Assembly: GCA_049515895.1 (NCBI GenBank)
Contig: JBEKTQ010000001.1
Coordinates: forward strand, 162,535-226,534
Length of the DNA stretch: 64,000 nucleotides
Reading direction: 5' to 3'
Origin: Candidatus Bathyarchaeia archaeon
GTDB lineage: Archaea > Thermoproteota > Bathyarchaeia > Bathyarchaeales > Bathycorpusculaceae
The translations under genes and the position numbers were made by a program. This document shows, one piece after another, positions 20,249 to 28,773 of this stretch (position 1 is the first letter of the stretch; every line of letters begins with the position of its first letter). The notes beneath the pieces are model-generated. The model worked only from the letters and a program-made list of their open reading frames with translations. It was not told where the DNA came from and ran no database searches.

Positions 20249-20460
20249 AATTTAAACCTCGAGTTTTCAAGTTTAGCGTGGACAAGTGAGCATGAAAATG
20301 TGCAGTTCGACGTCGCTTGTGCATAGGACGCCTTTGGTCGTGGTTGATCGTTTACCACGTTCCATGATTGGTTTGCAGGTGTTTGCCGCCATTTTTACCA
20401 CTTTATGCAAAGAGTTAGCCCATTTAAATAGCATGTATTCTATATAACTTTGTTGGTAAT

Positions 20461-20498
20461 CATTTATATGATAGTTCACGAACTATGTTATCTAAATG
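20461..20498. promoter_or_regulatory. Palindromic operator candidate between divergent glutamate synthase operon and regulator
   Basis: ATAGTTC-AC-GAACTAT (20471-20486) inside outer CATTTA...TAAATG. Confidence 0.5.
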
Positions 20499-20520
20499 AA
20501 ACATATATCAGGCGAGTTTT

Positions 20521-21624
20521 TTGGCTGAAAAAGACTTAGGATATAGAAGAGTCCAATGCACAGGAAGAGGCTCATACATAATATCCCTCCCTAAAGAATG
20601 GGTAACAGACCTCGACCTAAAACGAGGCAGCGAAATAGCATTCAACATAGAGCCAGACTCCACACTAATGCTTGTTCCAAGAAAAGTTCAGGAAAGAGAA
20701 GGCCGCGGCAACGCAGCTAAACCCAAAGAATACTACGTAAACATTGATCCGAAGGAAACGATTCAATCCACATTAAGAATGATAAAATCATTATACGCGA
20801 TAGGAGCCGACATAATCAGAGTCCACATTAAGAACCCGCAAGACGCAGCCAAGTACAAGAATGAAATAAAAACCTTAGCAAGAGACAGCTTTCTGGGTTC
20901 AGAAATAATCGATGAAACATCAGATGAAATCACGATGCAAATCCTAATAAAACATTCAGAGTTTCCCATTGAAAAAGCCGTCCGAAGAATGGCAATAGTA
21001 GCGCTGTCCTCAAACAGAGACGCCATCGCCGCCCTCAAAGACCGAAACACCACTTTGTTTGATGCAGTTATCAACGCACACAACGACGTGAACCGACTGG
21101 GATTGTACGTTGTTCGCCAACTCAAATATGGTATAGAGCGAAACCTCTATCGGGAACTCGGTTTCAAAACACCCAAAGAATTCCTTCTCTACCGCATAGC
21201 TGTCAACGACGTTGAAAGCATAGCCCAAAATGCAATGAATATCATAAATAGCCTGGGTTCACTTCAAAAATTAATTGACGATGAAACGCTCTTCGTTAAA
21301 GATCCCGTGGACGAAGAAATATACAATCAACTCGTAGATTTCAGTTCGCTGGCGCAACAATCATACGATGACGCTATTAAGGCGCTTTTCAAGCGAGATT
21401 ACAAAGACGCGGAAAAGCTCATTTCAAAACGTGACTCCTTCATCACTCTTGAAAACGAATTAGTGATGCTGATGTCCAGCAAGAAACTAGATCCTAACAT
21501 CGCTTCAGCGCTGCGCATGATTTTTGATAGTTCAAGACGAATACTGGATTACAGCAGAAACATGGCAGAGCTAACCCTTAACCGAACAGTAGAAGAACAA
21601 TGCTCAACGCTTGCATACAAATAG
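20521..21624 (+). CDS. AbrB-domain + PhoU-domain transcriptional regulator
   Basis: RRVQCTGRGSYIISLPKEWV AbrB N-terminus; two helical PhoU-like repeats. Confidence 0.88.
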   Translation: MAEKDLGYRRVQCTGRGSYIISLPKEWVTDLDLKRGSEIAFNIEPDSTLMLVPRKVQEREGRGNAAKPKEYYVNIDPKETIQSTLRMIKSLYAIGADIIRVHIKNPQDAAKYKNEIKTLARDSFLGSEIIDETSDEITMQILIKHSEFPIEKAVRRMAIVALSSNRDAIAALKDRNTTLFDAVINAHNDVNRLGLYVVRQLKYGIERNLYRELGFKTPKEFLLYRIAVNDVESIAQNAMNIINSLGSLQKLIDDETLFVKDPVDEEIYNQLVDFSSLAQQSYDDAIKALFKRDYKDAEKLISKRDSFITLENELVMLMSSKKLDPNIASALRMIFDSSRRILDYSRNMAELTLNRTVEEQCSTLAYK

Positions 21625-21659
21625 AGCTAGGAGAAACACATGGAATCAAAATGCAAAGA

Positions 21660-21767
21660 TGGTGCTCCGGCCGGGATTTGGACCCGGGTCCGCGACTCGA
21701 GAGGCCGCTATACTTGGTCCCTTGGGTAGAAGCCTTAGTAGGTTTGACCGGACTATACTACCGGAGC
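21660..21767 (-). tRNA. tRNA-Glu(CUC) with 30-nt D-loop intron (21714-21743), encoded CCA
   Basis: Minus strand GCTCCGG...CCGGAGC-A-CCA acceptor; anticodon arm GCGGC-CT-CTC-GA-GTCGC; BHB-like GGTC-AAA / GACC-AAG flanks intron. Confidence 0.92.
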
Positions 21768-21846
21768 ATTCGCAAAAATGTGTTCTCTAAGAAATAAATA
21801 TGTTTTTATGACTTTGCATTGCAAAAAATTAGGTTTCTTTGGAACG

Positions 21847-22200
21847 CTATGTTTCCTCGTCAACACGCAAAAAAGTCTTGATTGTTACCATCATTTTGGC
21901 CAGCCCTTTCTCTGTTATAGGCGGTTGATAGGGTATTCGCAGAACCTCCCAGCCTTTTGCTTCAAGCAACTCGTCGATTTCATTGTCCCGCTGCTGTTGC
22001 TTATCGCTTGAATGTACGGGTGTACCGTCTAAGTAAACGATTTTGCGTTTGTTCATCCAGCAGAAGTCGGGGATAGTTGATTTTAGGATTATTGGTTTCT
22101 GGGTTACCATGCCACCGGTTAATCCGGCCTTGCTTAGTTCGTTGAATAACGCGATTTCTGCTTGGCTGACTTTAGGATGCATGTTGGCTTTGTAACTCAA
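21847..22200 (-). CDS. DUF559/Vsr-like (PD-(D/E)xK) endonuclease domain protein
   Basis: SQAEIAL, IPDF, YLDG..H, RDNEIDELLEAKGWEVLRI. Confidence 0.8.
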   Translation of the reverse strand: MSYKANMHPKVSQAEIALFNELSKAGLTGGMVTQKPIILKSTIPDFCWMNKRKIVYLDGTPVHSSDKQQQRDNEIDELLEAKGWEVLRIPYQPPITEKGLAKMMVTIKTFLRVDEET

Positions 22201-22561
22201 GTTATTTCCCGAAAAGTAGGATTATATGTTATCCTTAATAAATCATATATAGTAAAACGGTCACTTTCTGCACCGGTGTAACCAAAAGCCGGCTTGGCGG
22301 ATCGCACCTGTTAATCCAAGACGCGAATCAGAATAAGCACCTGTTTTCCCAGGGTTTGACAATCCGCGCCTTGTTCAACCGTGACCCGCCAAGCAATGGG
22401 TGTACCTCTTGGATGGCTATTTCTCGCAAGATAACAATTCCTTGCGCCGTATAAATGGACTTGTGGTTGTACAATTGCAACAACAAGCGTGCAAGCTTCG
22501 ATAGAATTATTTGATTTTCAAAGTTGCAAATGATAGAAATTAGCGTTTGCTTGTTTCAACA

Positions 22562-22765
22562 TCAATTTGCCGTTTGCTTTGTTTCTTCGAAAACTGCTGG
22601 CAAAAAGGTTACGTTCTCTTTTTCCGGTGCTTTTCGGTTTACGCGTCGTGGTCTTTTCTGGTCGCCTATCCAGTACATGCTCCAACCCATGAAGAAAATG
22701 AAAATTAAGGCTGGAAGAAGTAGAAGCGCAATGGTGTTTTTGCGTTTGCGTTTTTTGATTGGCAA
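22562..22765 (-). CDS. Small single-TM protein
   Basis: Basic N-terminus, one TM (LLLLPALIFIFFMGWSMYWIG). Confidence 0.6.
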   Translation of the reverse strand: MPIKKRKRKNTIALLLLPALIFIFFMGWSMYWIGDQKRPRRVNRKAPEKENVTFLPAVFEETKQTAN

Positions 22766-22989
22766 GTTTGCACCTGGCTACCTCTTATGCCGTTGGCAAG
22801 ATAAGCTTTGATAACTTGTAATAATGATTCAGAATCAACAAATGGGCGAAAAAATGAAAATATTTTTTTTAAGATCAAAACCAAATCATGTGTCAGTTTC
22901 CAGTTTGGCGTCTTTAGGGTTTCCGATAGCCTTTGTGATTAGAGGAGATGAAAAAGGAAGGGTTGGACCTTCGTCCGGTAACCATTTGG

Positions 22990-25410
22990 TTAGCTTTCGG
23001 TCTTTTTCTTCACTTCGACAGGTGGATAATCTTTTAGTCTGTCAGCCATTTCGGAAAGTTGTTTGTTAACAAGGTAATTGACTGTTCCTTCTTCGAAAGT
23101 TCCGTCCGAGCGCCTTTCTCCTGCTTTCTTTCCCGTGAGAAACTCTATTCCTTCATCTATCGTTTTGACTGAGTAAATGTTGAATTCGCCTGCTTTCACC
23201 GCTTCAATAACTTCTTCCTTTAACATCAGGTTCTGCACGTTGCTTTCAGGTATCATGACACCCTGCTGCCCCGTTAATCCTTTCAGTTTGCAGACTTCGA
23301 AGAAACCTTCGATTTTTTCATTTACTCCGCCGATGGCTTGAACTTCACCCTTCTGGTTAACTGAGCCGGTGACTGCTACATTCTGCTTTATCGGTAGCCC
23401 AGAGAGCGCTGATAGAATCGAGTATAGTTCAGTGCTTGATGCGCTGTCGCCTTCGACTCCTTCGTAGTTTTGTTCAAATACTAATCTTGCTGAGAGGCTC
23501 AACGGCTTATCTCTGATGTATTTGTCGTTTAAGTATCCGCTGAGAATCAAAACGCCTTTTGTGTGTATGGGTCCACCCATCTTGGCTTCTCTTTCAATGT
23601 CCATGACTCCCTCTCTGCCTAAGCCTATGCTTGCTGTTACGCGCGAAGGGTTTCCGAAGGCGAAATCGCCCATTCCCATAACGGATAAGCCGTTAACTTG
23701 CCCCACCTTTTCTTGAGCAGTGTCTATTAGGAAGAATCCGCGTTTTATCATTTCCTGGATTTTTTCTTGGATGAGTTTTGAACGGTAGACTTTTTCTTCT
23801 ATCGCTTTCTTTATCTGGTCTCCCGTTATGAAATCGGAATTGTTTTGAGTAGCGTAAAAATTTGCTTCCCTAATTATGTCAGCGACATAGGCAAATTGTG
23901 TTGACAATTTGTATTGGTCTTCCACGATTCTTGAGCTGTACTCGACTAGTTTTGCGATGCCTGTTCCATCAAGGTGCTTGAGGCTTTCTTTTTCACAAAG
24001 AGTGCATACCCAGGCGGCGTATTGCTTTACTTCGTTTTCTGTTCTATCCATCACTGTGTCGAATTCTGCTTTAATTTTGAAGAGTTCCTTGAAGTCAGGG
24101 TCCAACTCGAACATCATTTGGTAGAGGTAGGGGGTTCCGATCAAAATAACTTTAGTTGTCAAAGGAATGGGCTGGGGCTTGAGTGTTTTGACGCTGAGGA
24201 ATCCGTAGCGTTCTTCAGGCTCTGCTATAGTCATGGTTTCATCTCTAAGGTCTCTTTTGAGTCCGTCGTAAGAGAATGGGTTTTGCAGTAACTCTTCCAC
24301 GGAGATGATTAGGTATCCACCGTTAGCCTTATGGATTGAACCCGCGCGGATCATGCTAAAGTCGGTTGTTAAAGCGCCGAATTGTGCCTCCTTTTCTGTC
24401 TTGCCTAGAAGGTTAGGGTACGTCGGGTTTGTTTCCATGACCACAGGGGCTCCTTTCGTTTCGGAGTTGTCGATAATAACGTTTACTTCGTATTTCTTGA
24501 AGGGATCTTCTCTCATCCAAGGCATTTGGAAAGGGAACTGCTCCTGCTGTTCAGCACCTCCGCTTCTTCTGATGAACTGCTGCAGGTTATCCAACACGTC
24601 ATTCTCCACGGCTTTAAGATAATCTATCACCGCAGCGTTTTCATTGTATTTCTCTCTAAGTCTTTCCACAAGATTACCAATGGAGTACAGGGCAACTTCC
24701 TTGTTCAGCTTCTTCAAGGCATCGTGGATCTGCCTTTCCATGTCGATAAGCTGCCGCATCGTGTTCCTAAATTCCGTCTCCAACATTTCCCTTTTGGCTT
24801 GCAGTCTTTCCCTCGTTTTTTGAGGCAACGCAAGCATTTCTTCATCGCTGAGTGGTTTACCGTCTAAAACTGGGATAAGTAGCAGCCCGATAGGCGTGGT
24901 TTGAATCACGAAGCCTTCGCGTTGAGCCTTCACGTTTAGCTCTTCAATCAGCTGTTTCCTTTTTTCTTCTAACTCTCGGATGGTGTTTTCTCTTCTTGCT
25001 GCGTAATCTTCACTTTCAAAAGCTTTAGGAAGCGCAGTTTTAGCGTTTTCAATAAAGTTCTTCATGTCATCTCGAAATTCTTTTCCTTTCCCCGCTGGCA
25101 ACTGAATCGCTTTGGGCTCATATTGATTTCCAAAATTGTTAACGTAACACCAGTCAGGTGGTACAGGCCTGGTTCTAGCTTGTGCTTCTACGAAGCTTTT
25201 AACGGTGGATTTTCTCCCTGTTCCGGGATAACCTGCCACGTACATGTTGAAGCCGTGGTTTTTTATTCCCAGACCAAACCTTAAGGCGCGTACGGCTCTT
25301 TCTTGTCCAATGATCTCGTCCAAAGGAGCAAGCTCCTTTGTTGATTCACATCGCATAAGGTTGGGGGGACATATCTTTCTGAGTTTTTCAAGAGGTAACT
25401 TGTTTACCAC
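22990..25410 (-). CDS. lon: Lon-family S16 protease, LonC-type
   Basis: IGQERA, GYPGTGRKS, HKANGGYL, EGDSASS (Ser), GGVNEKIEGF (Lys). Confidence 0.9.
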   Translation of the reverse strand: MVNKLPLEKLRKICPPNLMRCESTKELAPLDEIIGQERAVRALRFGLGIKNHGFNMYVAGYPGTGRKSTVKSFVEAQARTRPVPPDWCYVNNFGNQYEPKAIQLPAGKGKEFRDDMKNFIENAKTALPKAFESEDYAARRENTIRELEEKRKQLIEELNVKAQREGFVIQTTPIGLLLIPVLDGKPLSDEEMLALPQKTRERLQAKREMLETEFRNTMRQLIDMERQIHDALKKLNKEVALYSIGNLVERLREKYNENAAVIDYLKAVENDVLDNLQQFIRRSGGAEQQEQFPFQMPWMREDPFKKYEVNVIIDNSETKGAPVVMETNPTYPNLLGKTEKEAQFGALTTDFSMIRAGSIHKANGGYLIISVEELLQNPFSYDGLKRDLRDETMTIAEPEERYGFLSVKTLKPQPIPLTTKVILIGTPYLYQMMFELDPDFKELFKIKAEFDTVMDRTENEVKQYAAWVCTLCEKESLKHLDGTGIAKLVEYSSRIVEDQYKLSTQFAYVADIIREANFYATQNNSDFITGDQIKKAIEEKVYRSKLIQEKIQEMIKRGFFLIDTAQEKVGQVNGLSVMGMGDFAFGNPSRVTASIGLGREGVMDIEREAKMGGPIHTKGVLILSGYLNDKYIRDKPLSLSARLVFEQNYEGVEGDSASSTELYSILSALSGLPIKQNVAVTGSVNQKGEVQAIGGVNEKIEGFFEVCKLKGLTGQQGVMIPESNVQNLMLKEEVIEAVKAGEFNIYSVKTIDEGIEFLTGKKAGERRSDGTFEEGTVNYLVNKQLSEMADRLKDYPPVEVKKKTES

Positions 25411-25628
25411 GTCAAAGTCACTTCAATAAACAGTCAAAATCAGTTACAGTTTTAATGACGTTTGCTCGGTAATTAAGTTTCTGTTGTCCTACAATTTCAG
25501 GCGCCCAAAATAATTCACAAAAACAAATGATTTTTGCAAACTCGGCGTCTAAAAATAAGTCGGATTTCGGATCAATAAGATGTTTAGTAGAAATTAAGAG
25601 GATTTTTATAGAAACCTTTAACTTCTCA

Positions 25629-25769
25629 GGTCAGCCGAAGCCAAATTCAAGAGTATGAAACCTGCGGCAACTTCAGTCATCCATTAAGAGTCCTCTCAAC
25701 TTCAATCATCAGCAATGCGTTGTGCAGGTGGATACAGCACTAACATACTCTCAGCCGAGACATCAGACC
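25629..25769 (-). ncRNA. Candidate long box C/D-like / multi-K-turn RNA
   Basis: Terminal GG-UCU-GAUG...CUGA-CC; stems AGAGUAUG/CAUACUCU, ACCUGC/GCAGGU, CAAC/GUUG; two GAUGAYUGAAGUUG repeats. Confidence 0.5.
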
Positions 25770-26350
25770 TAAAGGCAACCAGCCCAAATTTTTTTATTCT
25801 TGAGTATTTTGTGTTGAATAAATTTTCTTATGATTTCTTGATTTCTGACTTCCGGATGGAATAGGGTTCCGTAAATGTCTTTACCCTTGTGTTTTATCAT
25901 TTGAACGCAATTTGGGGATTTCGCCCATATCTCAAAATCAGCAGAAGGCTCAACGCAGATGGTGTGAAGTGAATAAGCTTTCAAGCATCCAGAAACGAGC
26001 GGGTTTTCTTGGACAATGTTTACAGGGATCATCCCGATCTCTAAGCACCGTTTCAAGTGCATACCATAAACTACTCCTATTGTTTCCATCCCCGCACATA
26101 TGCCCAGTACAGGCTTTTCCGTTTTCTTGAGCCACTGAAATTTTTCTGGTTGGGATAAGGTCGCATTGTCCTTAAGCGGGGTTCCAGAGAGGATTATTGC
26201 GTCACATGCGGTTAGTTCTTCGCTGCCCACGTCGAGGTAATGTCTAACATCGCACTCGTCTAAGGATTTTACGACTTGAATTATAGGCAAAACAAACTCG
26301 TAATAACCCAGTGAATTGTTCTTGCAGTTCATGTCAACAATTAAGATCAT
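25769..26350 (-). CDS. Class I glutamine amidotransferase (GuaA-like, stand-alone)
   Basis: IILSG, PVLGICAG (Cys), FHPEV (His-Glu). Confidence 0.88.
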   Translation of the reverse strand: MILIVDMNCKNNSLGYYEFVLPIIQVVKSLDECDVRHYLDVGSEELTACDAIILSGTPLKDNATLSQPEKFQWLKKTEKPVLGICAGMETIGVVYGMHLKRCLEIGMIPVNIVQENPLVSGCLKAYSLHTICVEPSADFEIWAKSPNCVQMIKHKGKDIYGTLFHPEVRNQEIIRKFIQHKILKNKKIWAGCL

Positions 26351-27027
26351 TTTTCAACCAGCCGTGCCCTGTTAATCTGGAACACTCCCGAGTTTCCCCT
26401 TGCACTAGAGGTATAATCGAGGATTTCGATTTTCTTCTTGAATCGAGGTGCGTCTAAAACCGTGGTCTCGATTTCCCCACCTTCCCCAGAAGGGCTAATG
26501 CAGTATTTTTGTTGAAGCTCCAACAAGTTGGCTACTACCGTGGTATCGATTTGTTTTCCCAGCCATTTCTCGTCAAGAGGGTAAGCGAAAACTCCCGAAA
26601 TGATCACCTTAAAACATCTTTCAAGAAGCTCCTCCAGAAGGGCTTTTTGGTCATGTTTCCAAAGCGGGTTGAAACACCAAAGGTCTAGTTTGTTACATAT
26701 TCGTTGAACCCGTTCTGCCTGGTAGACCGACTCAACCGCGCCCGTCACCACGCCTTGTATCTTGAATTCCTTCACTGCCGTCACTATTGCTCCTTCTAGG
26801 TCCATGAGTTCTTTCTCCTTTTCACCCAAAGTTGTCTTCGCGACACGGGGCAAATCTAAGGCTTCCGCTTGGAGGGCAGTGATGTCGATGTTTGGCGTAT
26901 GGAACATGTAGCTCTCCTTATTCTCGGACAGCAAAGTTATCAGACAAACAACTTCTTCTCTCTCCTCAGCGTAGTGAAGGGCAAGGGTGGAATCTTTGCC
27001 TCCAGAAAATAGAACTCCTAGTCGCAT
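26347..27027 (-). CDS. dph6: Diphthine--ammonia ligase family PP-loop ATPase
   Basis: LFSGGKDS, SYMFH, GAVESVYQ, PLW, GEGGEIET. Confidence 0.85.
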   Translation of the reverse strand: MRLGVLFSGGKDSTLALHYAEEREEVVCLITLLSENKESYMFHTPNIDITALQAEALDLPRVAKTTLGEKEKELMDLEGAIVTAVKEFKIQGVVTGAVESVYQAERVQRICNKLDLWCFNPLWKHDQKALLEELLERCFKVIISGVFAYPLDEKWLGKQIDTTVVANLLELQQKYCISPSGEGGEIETTVLDAPRFKKKIEILDYTSSARGNSGVFQINRARLVEK

Positions 27028-27080
27028 GGCTACCTTAAAAAAGAAAACTGGTTAATATTCCTGTTTGACGCGGTTGCTGC

Positions 27081-28277
27081 CTAGACTTTTACGTTGCAGA
27101 TGTTAGGAATAGCCTTGAGCTTCTTTATTATGTCGGGGTTGACTTTTTGGTGAAGCACATACACTGATATGGCGAAGCCGCTGTTTCCTATTTGTCTTGA
27201 ATAGTTGGCTCTTATGTTTATGTCGTTATCAGCAAGAACTTTGTCGATGTTGGCGAATACGCCTGGGACATCTCGGTGATGAATGAACAGTGTGTGAACT
27301 GGTTTTTCCTCAAGCTCGATGCTTTCACCTGCGTTCACGGCATTTAAGAAGTCTCCGCCCAGAAGGAAGCTTGAAACTACACGGGCTATTTCGGTTGATG
27401 TTTCCCTTTGTGCTTCAACTGTTGAGGCTCCAAGGTGACTGCTTAGAACCACGTTATCCAGCTCTTTCAGCTTGTTTTTGAATTCGCCGTCTTCAGCTTT
27501 GGGTTCATCAGCGTAAACGTCAAGTGCGGCGCCAGCTATTTTTCCCTCTTTCAACGCTTTGTATAGTGCCTTTTCGTTTACGTTGTTGCCTCTTGAAGTG
27601 TTAACCAGGTAAGCTGTTGGCTTCATCATCCTGAGTTCTTTTTCGCCGATTACTGTTTCCTTTCCGGCTGGAGTATGAACGCTCAAATAATCTGCTTTTG
27701 CAAGAACCTCTTCTTTCGTTACGAATTTTATTCCTGAGTCATAACATGGCTTAATGTCAAAGCCAATGACTTCCATGTCAAAGCCGCGGCGTGCAATTTC
27801 AGCTAGTTTTTGCCCGATTCTTCCGCAGCCTAAAATACCCAAAGTTTTGTAAGATAGCTCGTTACCTTTTAGCTTCGCTTTTTTCCATTTACCGCTTTTT
27901 AGCGACTGGTGGGCTTGGGGAGTTTTTCTGGAGATGGCAAGCATTAAGCCAATGGTTAATTCTGCCACTGCATTAGTGCTTCCGTAAGGCGCAGATTTTA
28001 CAACTATCCCGTTTTCTGACGCTGCTGGCACATCAATATTGTCGAAGCCTACTCCTGCTCTTCCGATAATTTTGAGTTTGCCTCTCGTGCCTGCTTCAAT
28101 AACTTCTCTTGTAACTTTAGTAGCGCTTCGCACAATTAATGCGTCAAAGCCGCCTATGTCAACAACAAGCCTATCCGAGTCTCTTTTCTGGGTATCTGTT
28201 TCTATCCCAGCGTTTAGAAGCAGTTGCAATCCTTCTTTTTCTAAACCATCGTTTAATAATACTTTCATTTCAGCCAA
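27081..28277 (-). CDS. serA: D-3-phosphoglycerate dehydrogenase with ACT domain
   Basis: VRSATKV, RAGVGFDNID, GILGCGRIG, SHLGAST.EAQ, C-terminal HRDVPGV. Confidence 0.88.
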   Translation of the reverse strand: MAEMKVLLNDGLEKEGLQLLLNAGIETDTQKRDSDRLVVDIGGFDALIVRSATKVTREVIEAGTRGKLKIIGRAGVGFDNIDVPAASENGIVVKSAPYGSTNAVAELTIGLMLAISRKTPQAHQSLKSGKWKKAKLKGNELSYKTLGILGCGRIGQKLAEIARRGFDMEVIGFDIKPCYDSGIKFVTKEEVLAKADYLSVHTPAGKETVIGEKELRMMKPTAYLVNTSRGNNVNEKALYKALKEGKIAGAALDVYADEPKAEDGEFKNKLKELDNVVLSSHLGASTVEAQRETSTEIARVVSSFLLGGDFLNAVNAGESIELEEKPVHTLFIHHRDVPGVFANIDKVLADNDINIRANYSRQIGNSGFAISVYVLHQKVNPDIIKKLKAIPNICNVKV

Positions 28278-28381
28278 CTCCCCCTATGCTTAGCAACTTG
28301 GTGATTTAAGCTGATTGGCAAACAGCAATATTAAATATTCCCGATAGCTAACGGTTTTGTATTCCCTTTCAGCTTGAGCCT

Positions 28382-28684
28382 TTATTTTTTCAGGGCGGCG
28401 ACTTGTTGTTTGCTCATTCGCATTGTGGCAATATTGAACGTTGATACTTCGTGGCAGTATGGACATCGCAGTCGACGCGTGTTTCCACGGTAGAGAGAGA
28501 TGAAGCTGGCTCCTGGAACCCAGTGATAGTTGAACTGCTTTTTGCATTTTGGGCATGTTAACCTCGAAACAGCATGAGGACCATACCTGGGAAGCAACAT
28601 AAAAACTGCTATGAAAACTACCGCTGTAACTATAACGTAGATTACGAGAAGATCTACCATGCCTTTTCTGTTTTCAAGATGCAA
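28382..28684 (-). CDS. Membrane-anchored zinc-ribbon protein
   Basis: N-terminal TM; CPKC...CPYC. Confidence 0.7.
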   Translation of the reverse strand: MHLENRKGMVDLLVIYVIVTAVVFIAVFMLLPRYGPHAVSRLTCPKCKKQFNYHWVPGASFISLYRGNTRRLRCPYCHEVSTFNIATMRMSKQQVAALKK

Positions 28685-28773
28685 TCGTTTTGCTTATTAA
28701 TATTTAGCCTTATTTTTTCGTTTTCACAGTCAAGTTTGCGGGGTTTCGTAATTTCTTTAAAAAGAATTGAATG

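Noticed and set aside
21600-21797. 65-aa + strand ORF
   Set aside because: Antisense to tRNA-Glu.
25690-25760. Hammerhead (CUGAUGA) or TPP riboswitch (GCUGAGA) match
   Set aside because: No GAAA core after a stem II, and the remaining TPP motifs are absent.
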